Positions 23,948 through 37,600 of a stretch of 64,000 nucleotides of DNA are shown one piece after another. Source of the stretch: Klebsormidium nitens (Eukaryota > Plantae > Klebsormidiophyceae); the NCBI GenBank assembly GCA_000708835.1, contig DF236956.1:62001-126000 (forward strand). Direction: 5' to 3'. The position numbers were made by a program, and so were the translations under genes. The notes under the pieces are model-generated. The model ran no database searches. It was not told where the DNA came from and worked only from the letters and a program-made list of their open reading frames with translations. Within the stretch, counting starts at the first letter, position 1; each line of letters begins with the position of its first letter.

Positions 23948-26901
23948 ATGACCACCACCGCAGACTCGACGGGCGGCAGCGACCAGAGCTCGTATCCTGT
24001 CCACGATGCTGTGAAGCACGGCAAGAACGATGAGGTGGCGGCCCTCCTGGACGCAGACGTCAGCAACATCTCCGCGGTGGACGAGCATGGCAGGACGCCC
24101 CTGCACATGGCCGTCCTCTTCCAGAACCTGGCGGCTGCGGAGATGCTCGTCGCTGGGGGGGCAAACTGCAATGAGGAGGATGCGACTGGGAGGACCCCGC
24201 TGCACCTAGCAGGTGAATGTGCAGCTGCAACCTGATGTGGCTCTGCGGATGCATCAGGCGAGCAATGTGGAGTGATCCTTAGTTCCTGCTAGCTGTTCGG
24301 TGACAATGCCCCTTTTTGCTTGGTTCAGAAGGTGTCGTGACGATGTCCAGCTATAGCAAGTTGATCCGTGCAGATTCACTGTTGTGTAGTGATCTGTGCA
24401 ACATTGCATACACTTCACACATTTGGGCTGCTTTGCAAGCTCCTGTCAATTGCATTGCCACATTTCATCGGATTGCCTTCTTTCTTACGTGCCAGAAATC
24501 TTGATGATTCAATCTGTGTAAGGGACACCAGCCCTTTGGACCACTTAAGCTGAATTCGGGCTTGCTTTCAGCGATCCTGCTTGTAGATCAATAGAGGCTC
24601 TGTTCAGATCTAAGTACATGAAGTTCTAGACAATGCACCCTCTCCCAGTTGAATGTGGTGAACTTTTGGTGAAAATCTGGTTTAGCACTTCCGCAACCCC
24701 GGAATCTGCGAGTGGACTCAGCCCAGACTGCTCCCCTTGACATGTCTTGGACACATTCGTCCCAGAGCTGCATCCAACTTCCCCTTATAGACGGAAACCT
24801 CGGACTCATCTTTCATCCATTCTTATCCAGCCTACGCCGTGGACCGTCTAGACGTGTTGCGGCTCCTCCTCGACGCCGGGGCGAGCCTGGAAAGGAACAA
24901 CTGGGCCGGACAGACCCCCCTGCTGGTGGCTATTGCTAGGGGCAATAATCCTGGGGTGGAGCTGCTGATTGAGAGGGGGGCAGATTGCATGGCCAGGAAT
25001 GAGGAGCGAGCCACGCCCCTCCATGTGGCCATGGCTTACAGGTGAGGGTTTGAGATCTGGAGTAAGGGTTGCGCTTCTGAAAAATGAACTGTATAATGGC
25101 GGCTCCAGTGGTGCTGAGGAACAAGTGGCAGTGGTTTGCAGGGGAAACGAGTGTTTTGGCCATCCTCCGTGAAGGGATCCCCCAGAAGTTACCTAACACA
25201 GAAAACAGAGAACGAGAAGATGCCAATCCAAGGAGGCACAAAAGCAGGATCATACTGAAAGCGGGGTTGCTCAGCTGATGATCGTGGGCTATGATTACTC
25301 ACGTTTAGATGCTCTCACGGTCTGAGTCAACCCGAGGGTGGTCGAAGCCTGAAACGTGTCAGGGTGGCATCCGCAACCCGCGCAGAGCCCCGTCAAAGTC
25401 CCAAAACGTGGTTAGTGATTCAAGATTGATTGCCAAGCGTAACCTGGCGTAATTGCCTTCGTAACGAATGACGCGGATCTTTCATGCCAGTTCTAAAACT
25501 GAATATCGTTGGGAGGGCATACGACTTTTGCTTGGATCCGAGATGCGCTCCACGCTTAGTACCGTAATCTGGATTGTGTAAAACTTTTGGTGGCGCTTCG
25601 ACAGGCGACCTGCTCAAGAAGAGGCCACTTGAATTGTCAGAAGTGTCAAGCCGGACAACTATGTACAGTAGTTTCTTTTCAGAGCGCTAGAGAAAGCGGC
25701 TGAAGATTATCGATCGGCCGTCTCAAACTTTGACGACTGAGAAAAAGAAATCTGCTCTTTTGTCAACAGGGCCGTACAGAACCTTGCCACGAAACCTGCT
25801 GGCCCTCCTCCTGAGAGCCCTTTTCCGTTTCTGGCCATTTGCCCGCTCCTGATCTTGCTTGACTCCGTGCCTTTTACGGCACGCTCGTTGATTCATCATC
25901 CTTCTCTGCTTCTGATTGCAGGAACCATACGGCAGCTCGCCTTCTCCTGGATCACGGCGCCCGATTCGGCGCAGTCAACAAGGACGGAAAGAGCGCTCTT
26001 CACATAGCGATGGAGATTGGCGACATCGGGTCTGCGGTCATGCTGCTGGAAAGAGGCGCTCGAGTGGACACCATGGATCAGGTGAGCCTCTGGAAAGGTG
26101 CTGGTGTAGGTTCTGGCCCTCATAATCTAGCACCAACAGCAGTTCGTTGTCTCCCCAACCAGTTGTCTCCCCAACTAGTGCAGAATCTGAGCACGCTCCG
26201 CGTTCGTATGTCAACTTCCAGACCAGCATCCGGCATAAACTGCAAGCAGCTGCAAAATGGATGTCCACAAGGCTTGGCGGCATCACCCTCGTCCCAGACT
26301 ATGTAGCACCGGTGTGCAAACCGCGTTCAGTGGAAGGTCTGCAAGTTATCAGAACTCTTGTAATGCTTACTCGAATTGGCAATCGATCGATCATCGTCGA
26401 CTGCGGTTTCCTGTACTCACTAAAGAGGGCGTCACTCATCTTCTACCAGGTCCCTTTCTCGGCGCTTGCAAAGCTGCAATACTGGCTTGACATGGCTGCA
26501 CATTATCTGCAGTTTGAATGCGGCGACTCAGACAGCAGCGTACGTCCTTTTCAGTCGCCCGACCGTTACAGGGCTCTTAGGAACTTCTTTAAAGAGCTCA
26601 AGACGCGTCCTGATCTCCGCCTTCCTTACTGCAGGCGGGCCGCACCCCTTTGGATTGCGCCAAGGATTGGAACTTGCTTCAAAAGATTTTCATGCACGTG
26701 AGCGCACGGTGGGAGGAAGCAAAAGTGGCACAGCGAAAAGCGGAGGCCGAGTTGGCTGCCGAAAGAGAAAAGAGGGAACTGGCAGAGGTCAAAATTAGGG
26801 AACTAGAGGGCAGCGTAGAGCAGCTTCTGGTCCGAAAATTGCATATGCGGCACTCTGTTTCCTTACCGCCTGGAACTGTCGGCCCTGTTCCGGAGGACTG
26901 A
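23948..26901 (+). CDS. Ankyrin-repeat protein with C-terminal coiled coil
   Basis: Exons 23948-24212, 24831-25041, 25922-26081, 26635-26901. Repeats: GRTPLHMA, GRTPLHLA, GQTPLLVA, RATPLHVA, GKSALHIA, GRTPLDCA. Tail: EEAKVAQRKAEAELAAEREKRELAEVKIRELE. Confidence 0.92.
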
Positions 26902-27004
26902 CTGATCTGCTTTTGTATTATACATCACTGGCAGACGTGTACAGTTAAAATCTGTAATGCTTGTGGAAGGCAGGAAATGCCTCGGGGCCTCTCTCTTGAA
27001 GATT

Positions 27005-27075
27005 TCATGCGGACGCGGCGCGTCCTCTTCTTACCACCTGGAACTATTGGCCGGCCAGTGCTCGAGAACTGATCT
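27005..27075 (+). repeat. Degenerate copy of the ankyrin gene's coding 3' end in the 3' flank
   Basis: cttaccacctggaactattggcc...actgatct (27030-27075) vs cttaccgcctggaactgtcggcc...actgatct (26862-26908). Confidence 0.7.
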
Positions 27076-29043
27076 CGATGGTCGTCATGTCATAGAAGGT
27101 TAATTCAGCAAGGTTTATCCGCACAAAACCAGCTTGCTCGTGCGAGGTGAGATACGGGGGCGCGCATGACTAAGTGCGACTTTTTTCGACGTCCGTCGGT
27201 TCTTTGGTTATGATGCCATGGCTGGGCCAGGCCCGGCTTTCCCCGTGTCAGCCTTCCAAGGAGACGGTGGCCGCCTCATCGATTATTAGGAGCGACCAGT
27301 GAGCTTCTCCTAAATGTGCAGAAATGACGCTGGCATGGCGAATTCTAACAAGTCCTGCCGCTATTGTTGTTATATATCAACATATTCTCTCGTTCTCGGG
27401 GCCGGAATGGGACTCGATAATGTAAACACACTGCATGATGTTGCTGTACCGCGCTTATACACATTCATCCCAGGTGCATCCACTTTAAAGCACCATCGCT
27501 ACAGCCTTGCTTCCTTGTACGTAGATATCAAAACAAATCCTGTTCTCATCGAGTCTGTCCTGCAATGATGCAGCCAGAAAATCTGAATGGTGTCATCGAA
27601 GGCTTTCCTGATGCTAGTCAATGCAGATTGTGCCCTTCTCAACGCCGGCCTCGATCGATCATTTCCTCTGCAAGACATGGTGCCCGGCCGCCTTTCACGC
27701 GGTTGTTAAGGTGGAATGCGGTCTGATTGCGCTAGCTAGATGCATGCGCCTGCGCATACTGTCGCAGTCGACAAAGATGCGCGCTGCGCATTGCGGATGA
27801 TCAGTGAATACACTGATTGATTCATATACGGTAATACTCAGTAGGCGGTGTTGAAGAAGGATGGTACACTGGCATTGGATTTGCCAGGTCCGCAAGAGCA
27901 TCTGCGCGAAGAAACTGCATAATCACGCCAGTCAACGTGGTTCTTGTATATTTTCACAAACCGAAATCACGGCTGGCTGCGAGATCGTATCTTGTGAGAG
28001 AGTGATACGAATCGGACTTGGCAAGGATATGCATGCCACAGGGTCGCATTATGCGCATGGTCATTGTGTCCTCCCGTGGTTGACGCTTTTCGCAAATTGC
28101 TGCCAACCACTGCTCGGGCTGAAGGAGGTACAAATGGTCATGGCTGTTCCCACATATGATACACAGTGGAAGAAGCCACCAGTTCTGCACGCAAATCCGA
28201 AGTGGAGTCCATCGTTTGTAGCGCGGCGTACATCAGCCAGATATTTCGCATTACGGATGACTAGTAAAATCTAAAGCACTCGTGCTTACGAGAGTAGTAC
28301 CAACATTCAAACAGCGCATGACTCGGACGTCAACAACGGCGCGTTCCTTCCTACACTGAAGTGAAGGTGCCACTCTAATGCATCCAAGGAGAATCTTGAA
28401 GTGCTGTCCACTGGCAAGTTCAGGGACGGCCCGGCAGCTGACGAGAAAGGATGGGAATCGGCCGTGATTGCAGAGGAGACCATGAGCCACGCGCGCGCCC
28501 GGCGCGGGCGGCGTCATTTGCGGCCGCCCGAGTCGGGCGTCCGTGCCGGCCGCGACCCGTCACCGGGCCCGGTCATACCGTCAGCGCGGCCTCTAGCTGG
28601 CTAGTCGACCAACAGCCGTTGGCGGCCGCCGGGCGCAAGTTTCACCCAAACCCCTTAAGGGTGTAAGGGGGTTTTAGCTGCCATCCGATTTGAAACTCAT
28701 GCAAGACTCTATCACGGTCTGAGACTGTCGAGCAGGCAGGTCAGCCCAAAGTCAAGTTGCTTTTATTCAGGTGCTTTGGATCCATTTCTTGCTTAGCGTG
28801 CAGAACAAATCAGGACCGATTCAATCGCCAGGCTTGTTCCAAATGTCTTGAGAGGACGCTTACATCATCGTTTTGCAGCAATCGACTTGCGGCCGTCACA
28901 AGTCAGCCTGGAGTCAGACATAGACTTCAAGAAGTCCGTGCTGCGGCGATTTTGTTGAGGAGTCAGCCTACAAAGTCAGCCTTCTTCAATCGAGTTCATT
29001 GTCTCGAGCAAATTCCAAGGGTGGCCGTTCTCATTCAAGAAAG

Positions 29044-32000
29044 ATGAAGGTTCCTAGGACGGCTGCTGCAGCAGCTTTGGAGCAGGTCTCCAAGTCGACT
29101 GAAGAAACTGGCCCAGCTGCTGAAGGGGATATGGAAAGCAATAACGAAGCGGGAGAAACCAAAAACTCACAGACGAACCTGCTTTCTACATTGTCCAGAG
29201 TTGCGGATGAAGACAAAGTTGGCAAAGGAAAAGAATGCGATTCTGGTTCGGACAGCGACTCGGACACCGATTCTGACGGAGAACACGACGACCTTTCCGA
29301 AAAGCTCTCGAAAATCATTGGCGATACTTCTCAGGAAAATCTGATTCAAGGAAGGAATACGGAGCCTGTCTTGAAAGGCGAAGATGAGGTGAATGAGGCC
29401 AACGCTGAAAAGTGCACGGAGAACTTGGATGGTGAGCGGACAGATGAGGAAGCATTTCCTGCTATTTGACGGCGTCTTTCTAACCTGTCCATCAGAGAGC
29501 CTCCCATTTAATTCGTTCCTGAATGCATCTACATGTGTCTCATAATGATCCTATATGAAGTTGCTGGCCGCAAGAAGCTTCACAGAAGGCGCTTGCTGTG
29601 ACATATTGCGAGCGTTCAACTGCTGACTCACTGAACCTGCAGGTGAAGAGCCGGGAACCACAAGAGATGGTCTGGACATCGCAAACGAGGTAGAGTACAG
29701 ATCACCTCTGTCGATTACCACCTGTTTGGGACGGTAATCGTGTCTTAATGCAACTCACTGTCGACCTGTTTCATCCCCGAAGTTTGAAAAGTCTTGCGAA
29801 ACGAGGATTGAGCAGAGAATTCGAGATTGTACTAGATAGGACCCTGCGATCAACATACTGAAATCACACGTCTTTCCAAGTGCAGACACCGCCTGAACCA
29901 AATACTGATCATACATCTCAAGCTCCAGCGGAGGCGAGCAAAGAGGAATCAGGTAATGAATGCCAATCGGTTAGCACTTCTGAAGTTCGCTTCTTCTAGA
30001 TTTGATTGCTCGCCGAGTGGAAGGGTGAAACTGTTATCATGGTTATCCTTAAAAAACCAAAGTTTCTCTTCGTGCAGGAGATGCCATCGAAAAGACTGAA
30101 GATGGCAAGACTGGCGGCGAGACCAACGTGAAGCAGAGTGGCAAACGAAAGAAGTTCTCCATGGTGATGAAACCTAAGGAGGTGTGACCTGCTTCAGCTT
30201 CCTAGGTCTTCCGAATTGTTTTGGATCAATCTCTAAAGACGCTCTAAGTAACTCTATGACGATATTGTGGACTTGAGCCAATTGCATCAGCCCCTCTGAA
30301 GTTCCACTTTTTAAATCTTCCTAATCCTTCAAGTGACCTTTTAAAACCTTTCTGGAGCTCACAGCCTTCTCATATCGACTTTTCCTTCTTGTAAATGCAG
30401 GCTGCACCGACGAAGGACACGAAGAAAGGAGGCGCAGCAAAGATATTGTCCACCAACAAACTGTCTTCGAGCTCTGACAAAGTTACGAAAGCTGCCACAG
30501 AAAAAGCTTCAGATGCTGAAGGCAAGGAAAAGAAGGGATCATCAGCAGAGAAGGAGCACGTCGGAGATGGGAATAGGAACATTACAAAAGAGTCGAAGCC
30601 AGCGAGAGCCCGTTCTGCTTTCATCTTCTTCACGTGAGTCTAGAATTACATTACTGTGTCCGTGCATGGTATGTTTATCCACATGGTGCGTTCAAGCGTG
30701 CTATTAATAGATAATACCTTCCTTTTGAGCGAAAGAATGAGCTCCCGAAAGGTTTGGAATGTCGTCCTCTGATCGCTTGCCGTCTTTGATTGGCAGGATG
30801 GAGAACCGCGAGAAAGTGAAGGCGCAGAATGGGAAGCTAAGCTTACCGGAGATGCAAAAGGTGAGAATGAAGCTTACATGCAGGAGTTCCTCTGATCAGC
30901 CTTGTGATTCCGTGGTCCAGATACATGAATAGAAGTTGAAACAAGCTCTGGAGATGAACTAAAAGCGCACATCTCTTTTTATGTGCGCATTTAGTCATTT
31001 TTCACGTGTGTCATTGTTCATCGAAAATCTGGGGATTATTTTGTCGCAGAAACTGGCGGAGGCGTGGAAGGAACTCGGTGACGAACAGCGTCAGGTAAGT
31101 CCATAGTCGATAGATAAAACCCTGGCCCGATGTAAAGACGGCATGCTCTGTAGAAAAACCGAGGGACTAATAAAGCATTGCTCAAAAAGCAAAAGCAGAT
31201 CGTTCATTAGTGCTTGCTGTAAGTTTCTCCGGCCGATCGTTTCTAAGCACTGGTTTATGCAATGCCTACTACTTACAGAGATACGAAGGTATGGCGGCTG
31301 CTGACAAGATACGCGTAGAAGCTGAGAAAAAGGTGGGAAACAATGACGGAGGGGAGAAAAAGGGGAAGTCTGCCACGGGCAAACAGGACAAAGGGACAAA
31401 GAAAGTGCGAGCCAAAACATGTAAGCAAGATGCCAAGCAGAAGCTCCCAAGAAGAAATTTTGTTTCAGAAAACAGATTGAACGTTTTTGTTGCTATGTCG
31501 CTTGAAATGTTTGCAAAGCGGTGAAACGAGCTTGGCAGCTGCAAAAACTGACTAAAGGGTCGATTCTGTTTCACGCTATCTGCAGCTTATATGATCTTCT
31601 GCTCGAAGAACAGAGAGAGAATCCAAAAGGCCGCCTCCCCCGGAGCAACCTTTGGAGAGCTCACCAAGGTGAGCACCGCTGAAGTCATATGTTGAAGACC
31701 GCTCTCGTGCATTGGAGCATTCTAGGAAAGCTTGAGGACTTCGTCAAAAGTCGGCTCGCTTCCCTTTGTTTCGATTCAATGAAATACTTTCACTGCAACG
31801 GTTCCATTTTCAAAATTTAGGTGCACAAAATGAACCTGTCGTAAACCCGCAGGCCCTGGCTGAGGAGTGGAAATCGCTGTCCGACGGGGACAAGAAGGAG
31901 TACGAAGAACTCGCAGCCGAGGATAGGAAGCGCGTTGCGGAGCTCGTCGAGGACAATCCTGGCTCCGTATCGACTCATAATTCCGAAAAGGTCAAAGACA

Positions 32001-33931
32001 AGGGGGATAACAGGAAACAGAACCTTTTCAAGAAGACCGGCAAGAGTGAAGAAAAGGTGGTGAAGGCCAAAAAGGCAGCCGTCGCAGAGACGACGAAGGC
32101 CAAAAAGAAGGTAGGACTGATAGTCTGATTCAGCGCCATTTACTTTCCACGTGGTCTACTAGTGTAATGCATATTTCACTGAGACAGCCTCGTTCATGCC
32201 GCGCCTTACAAAAATAGCATTCCAACCAGCAACATCTTCATCTCCCCTGACTGCAGGGACCCACGCGAACCAAGAAGAGCGCTGCTTCTGAAGAGCGGAA
32301 GTCAAGTACAGAGAGCACAATCAGCGATGAGATGTTTATGGGAGACGAGGAGAGCGAGAACGAGGACGGTAAGCTTCGCGACGTTACTTTCGCCTCAGTA
32401 CCTGCTTCAGTTGCGTTTCTGCTGTGAAGAAAATCAGGTTGTTTGATTGGATTGAGACGCTAACGCTCACCGATGCCCTATGTTGGTTGCAGCCGACCCT
32501 ATGGAGGAGGTTGCTTCTGAGGAGGACTTCGGAGAACTTCAGGTTGGTTTTGCGCGTCGGGAGGTGGTGATTTGTGAGCTGTGCTGTCTTTTAAGCCCTA
32601 CTCCTCGATTGCAGCGAATTCGGTATAATGGAATTCTCGTGCTATTACCTTCAAACCTTGTCATTTCCTGCTGGAGGCATTACGACAAGCATCTTGTCCC
32701 CTTAAGCTCCGTTTCCAAATGCAGTTCATCTTGGGGAAGACAAGGGACGGAAAGTACGTGACGAAGCGTAAAGGGATGGACTACACGCAGGTACTACCGA
32801 GATCCTTTCCATGATGGCCGAAGTCATTCATCAAAAGTCTTAGGCTCATTCCTTATTCTCCAAGTCGCTTGCTTAAAGCTGCATGTTCTTTTCGATATGA
32901 AATTTGAAAGAAACAAGATGGCCGGAACCACTTTCGATGAAGACAATCAATCGGGCGGGCTATGATGAGAATGCTTTTCTACAGGTGGAGTACGAGAACT
33001 TTCCTGCCAAAAAGGCCAAACTGAATCCAGAGCAGGAGGCAGAGCTCGAGGAGAAGGTCAAGGAGTATCACAAGGCATCGGCGGCCTTCAAGAAGGTAGA
33101 AGCCTTAGGGATTGAATTCGTACAATGCTATCTTCTCGTTCAGATTGATGATAGAAATCCTCTATGTTCTTAAAACAAAGACCGGAATCAGCAGTAATCG
33201 AGGATAAACATCAGACTTTTTTCTTACAGGAGGTGGACAGGAGGTTGGCTGAGGGAGATGGTAACTTGGACCTGGAAGGCGTGCCAAAGGGCAGCAAGCT
33301 GGAGGTGCGAATTTGATTCGGAAGGTCTTAAAGGCTCTTTGTTGTTCGCGACGTGATGACTTAAACGTCTATCGAAACGCTACGACTTCAGGCTTCCTCG
33401 AACTTGTTGCTCCGTCAGTTTATCCAGTTTGATTGCTGTTTCTGGCAAAGCATGCTTTACCGTTGATCAAAGCCTTGTCTGCAGATGCTTACGTTCCTCG
33501 GCAACATAAGAGAAGACGTGTTTCCCGAAAAGACTCTACCCAAGCCCGACGTTTGGATGAAGGTGCCGATGCTCGGTACGTACCGGCTCCTACAGAAACT
33601 AGAAGGCTTGCCGTTTGAGTCCACCTTTTGAATCTGCAAGACCTTTACCTCGAATATGTCTAAGATGCATGGAGTTCCCCCCGGCCGGAAAAGATGTAGA
33701 GCTGGTTACATCGGTGGAAGTGCCTCAGATGTTTGTACGTAGCAAAACCCTTGATAAATTCCAAAAGATCGAACGTTTTTGTGGACCAATGCAGGAACTT
33801 GCCAGCTCATTCAGCAACTGATCGACGGCGAGCGTGCCCTTGCTACACAGACAGAGAACGCACTTCAGAAAGCGCTTTCACGTATCCAAGAGCTCGAAGA
33901 AAGTAAGAGTGCGATGGTAGCAGAAGAATAG
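29044..33931 (+). CDS. Dual HMG-box chromatin protein with acidic N-terminus, chromodomain-like segment and C-terminal coiled coil
   Basis: About 17 phase-consistent exons. HMG1: KPARARSAFIFFT|MENREKVKAQNGKLSLPEMQK|KLAEAWKELGDEQRQ|RYEGMAAADK (30590-31320). HMG2: KVRAKTSYMIFCSKNRERIQKAASPGATFGELTK|ALAEEWKSLSDGDKKEYEELAAEDRKR (31400-31935). Stop TAG at 33929-33931. Confidence 0.85.
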
Positions 33932-34613
33932 GCCGTCAGGTTCTCAATCTGGATTCATCAGTTTCTCTGACCAGCACACGAGGCAGATTTGAGGAGAGCG
34001 CACGGCAATGTGAATACATCCTTGGAAGAGCCCTAACATGGACCAGAAAAATCGACAGGTCATTTGAGAGCTTGAGGGCAACCGACTCTTACCTACTTTG
34101 CTGTACTACAGTCCCACGTAAAGCTTGGTGTACTACAATGTCGAGCCTTTGGTAAGCAAGCTATCGGCGATTGTAAACGCTAATTGCTCATGTGTGCTTC
34201 GGCGAGCTCTTCCTCTGATTCAAGATGCATGCGAATCGAAACTTGAGGGTAAATGGATCCTTTCGAAAGGAGGTAAGCCTGCAGTATGAACAGACTCATC
34301 GGAATATATAGCTGTGAGCGTCCGGGTATGCTGAAGACTTGACTGATTGGAATCTTCAAACCTTCATGCTAACTGGACGACTACTGCGGTGCTCTCATCG
34401 TGGCATCAAGACATTACAAGAAGAAAAGTGCATTCGTGTCCGGTGACTCGACGACTCGTGGTTCATGATGCAGTACGCCATGATCGTTGAGACGTTCAAC
34501 GTGATGTCAAAAGAATGATAAGCGATGCTTGTGGAGCTGGACTCGCTTTCCGCACCTTGAGGCATTAGACTCGGGGTTCATAACGATGTGCATTGAAAAG
34601 AGTCCAGACAATT

Positions 34614-37600
34614 TTACGACACCAAATCTCTTCCTCCGACCAGATCTACAGTGCGATTTCTTAGATGCGCCACCGCCTGTAGCTCCGACTGTTTCAACTG
34701 CTGCTCTGTCAAACCCGTCCTCCGCCGCAGCTTTGCCGCCTTCGCTTTTTCCTTCCTCTTCATTTCAGTCTGCAAGCCATCCCACCGTTTACTGCTCGCC
34801 ACCGGAATGGTGTACGCCTGCCACGGTAACGTCAGCGCGTCCAACGGCAGTGGCACCAAATCCAGGGACCGCTTCTCCTCCGGTCCCAACTCCATCCGGA
34901 CGATCTCGGACGGCGTCGGAAGGTCGGAGAGATCTACCGGGGGGAGGTCCGACAGATCCACGGGAGGAAGGACGGGGAAGTCCTCCTTGGGGGATCCCGC
35001 AAACCTCTCCGTCGCCTCGAACGTCCCCCGGGCATGGTCGGGGCTTCCGGGGGGCGAATGTAGCAGCGGCAAAGAGTGCAATTGCTTTCGAAGCTGGGAG
35101 GACAGGCTACCTGGTGACATGGCCAGTTTCTGGCCCTTAGGCACCGAAACGCTCTGAGCACGGCTCTTCACGTTTTGCCCTACTCCGGGGACCGCGCTCT
35201 CGTCCGCCCGCACCGCTGCCGCGGACGAACTAGATCGGCGCCGACCGGGCATCCGCGGTCCGTACACTTGCGCGAGGCGCGACGCCTTCGCTGCCTTCGC
35301 TTCTTCAGTTGTCGCGGGGCTCAGAATTGCACCGCCGTCCAAGGTTCGCCCCTGCTGGCCTTCAACTCGCTTTAGTGACGTCATCATTTCTACAACTTTT
35401 GGTGCGATCCGCCGTGACACCTCCGCGTCCGCGGCCGCGACCGACCGTCCAACCGAAGTGTCCTTCTCTCCGTCCGAATCTACCTCTTTCTCCCATCTCA
35501 CCGATGGCGCGCCGCGCGCCTTCTCCTCTCGTTTCCGCTCCGCTTCTCCCAAACCGCCCCTTCTTCCGGCTCCGTTCTGAGCGGGCGTTCCGCGAAACTG
35601 TAAATCCTTGGGCAGCTCCTGCTCGCGCATGCGCCGGGCCGTCTCCAGCGAGACTTCCACCGAGGAGAGCGCGCTGCGCGCGCGCACTCGCCACCGCGCG
35701 CGCCGTCTGCTTCGCCGGCCGCTGGCCCGGGGCGCGCCGTCCGGCGACCCTGCCTGGGACCGCGGCCCCCGTTCGTCGCCCGATGCAACTTCCTCTCTCA
35801 TCTCCTCCGTTGCTTCGTCCTTCCACCTGGCATGAGGACCGCTGACGTCATTCCCCCGAGGCAACGTGCCCCCCTCTCCAGGCGGCCCACTATTGTGCAG
35901 AAGTCTCGTCCCTTTGTCCGATCGCCCAGAAATGCCGCCAGTTTCTTCATACTGTTCGCGTGGCCGCCGGGAAAAGTCCTCGGAGAGCGCTCTCCCGAGG
36001 GGTGTTTCCCGACGCGACGGCTCCGGCAGATGATCCAAAACCTTCAACCCCCCGGTTCGTGCGCGCGAACCCTGCCGATGTCGCTCCGCGGCCGCGGGGC
36101 GGCTCCTGGGAGCGTCCAACGCCTGCACTCAGCATCCCCCGATTCGCCTGACTCGACCATAGACTTCCCACGTACAGCTGCAATGCCCGTCTCATTAGAA
36201 CCACCAAAGTCGCCCGACCCGCTTCCAGCATCCTCTGCTCCATTTTGTCTACTAGACTGCTGCGCAGGAGTTTGGTTTTCACTTCGCAACCCTAACCCCA
36301 GCGGCGACTTCATGGCGCTCGGCCCGGGGCGCTTGTCGCCGCGTACCCGCCCCTGCAGCGCGCCCGCGGGCGCGCCTTCCCCGCTCGCGCTCGCGCGCGT
36401 GCTGCTACCGTTCCGTTTCCCGTGCGCGTCCGGCTCAGTCTCTCCGCGTGCGCTCGCGGCCTTCGTTTCATTGCGCGACGTGCCGCGCGACGCGCCGCCG
36501 CCATTGCTTTCGGCGCCCACAACCCGATCACCCAAACTCTTTGCGCCCCTCGTCGAGCCGGACACTGACGCGGCCGATGGCACGCGGGCGCCTGCCTCGC
36601 CAAAATTCCCGCCAAATCCTGACGTCTCCGGCTTCTTGTCGCTCCTTTTTGGGCGGTTGAAAGTAGGCCCTGCTGCCGTTGGCGGGCCTTCGCTGGTTGA
36701 CCTCTTCTCGCGATTCCCGAGCGCAGTCACATTCCCCTTCGAAAGACTCGTGACCGACTTGACCCGATCCGTTAAACCCCCGGCTAACCCCCTGTCTTGC
36801 ACGCCGCTCTTCTCTGGGCTCTGCGGCTGCAGCTTCCCATCCTTCTGCGTTCCTTCGGACGCTTTCAAAGTTCCGTTGGACGCCTTCTGCATTCCGTCGG
36901 ACGCCTTCTGCGTCCCGTCCTCGCCCGGTAATCTCTTCATTCCGTCCGCAACCTTTTCCGTTCCGTCCGGAGGCGGCGTGCTCCGGCGGCTCCGGCGCCG
37001 CTGCGCGTCCGCGAGCCGGAGCTGTGACGTCGACGGGCGTTCGGCCAACTGCGGCGTCGGCTGAGAGTGGCGGCCGGCGTAGTAGCCGACTCGGAACGAC
37101 GACTCGGCGCGGATCATGGAGATGACGGTCTGCGGGTTTGATTGAGAGCTCCGTCACCCACACGACCTCGGAGCCAGTAATTCTTATCCTCTCAGCAAAT
37201 CTATTGCTCTACAACCGGATGCACACTCGTTACTTGACACCTTGCCTTGTATGTTTCTTGGGCCCTACATCTCGTAATTGGATGATGAAGCTTTTTCTTT
37301 GGTCTAACGGACATGATTCTGATTTGCATCTGCACTAGTGAACGCGCGAGATTTAGACCGGTTCTAAAATGAGAGAGGAAATGGAGGAAGCGACACCGTT
37401 GCAGGCTCGACGAGTGAAGCCAGTGTGTATCAAGCCAAAACCAAAGGTTCGTAAAGGCTGAGGGAGCTTCACAGAAGCGGGTACCACCTTAATCTTCTGC
37501 AAATGACAGCTCCGGTGTCTCCAGCCCCCCTGCGCTGTACCAATTCAGTCTCTAAACTGGTTGTTTTCTGGGGCCTCAAAGCAGTGCTAGGATTTCTAAA

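Noticed and set aside
26143-26180. 17-bp tandem duplication gttgtctccccaac(c/t)a
   Set aside because: A trivial intronic slippage repeat.
28648-28677. Short hairpin aaaccccttaagggtgtaagggggtttt as a Helitron 3' end
   Set aside because: No CTRR terminus after it and no matching 5' end or Rep/helicase remnants.
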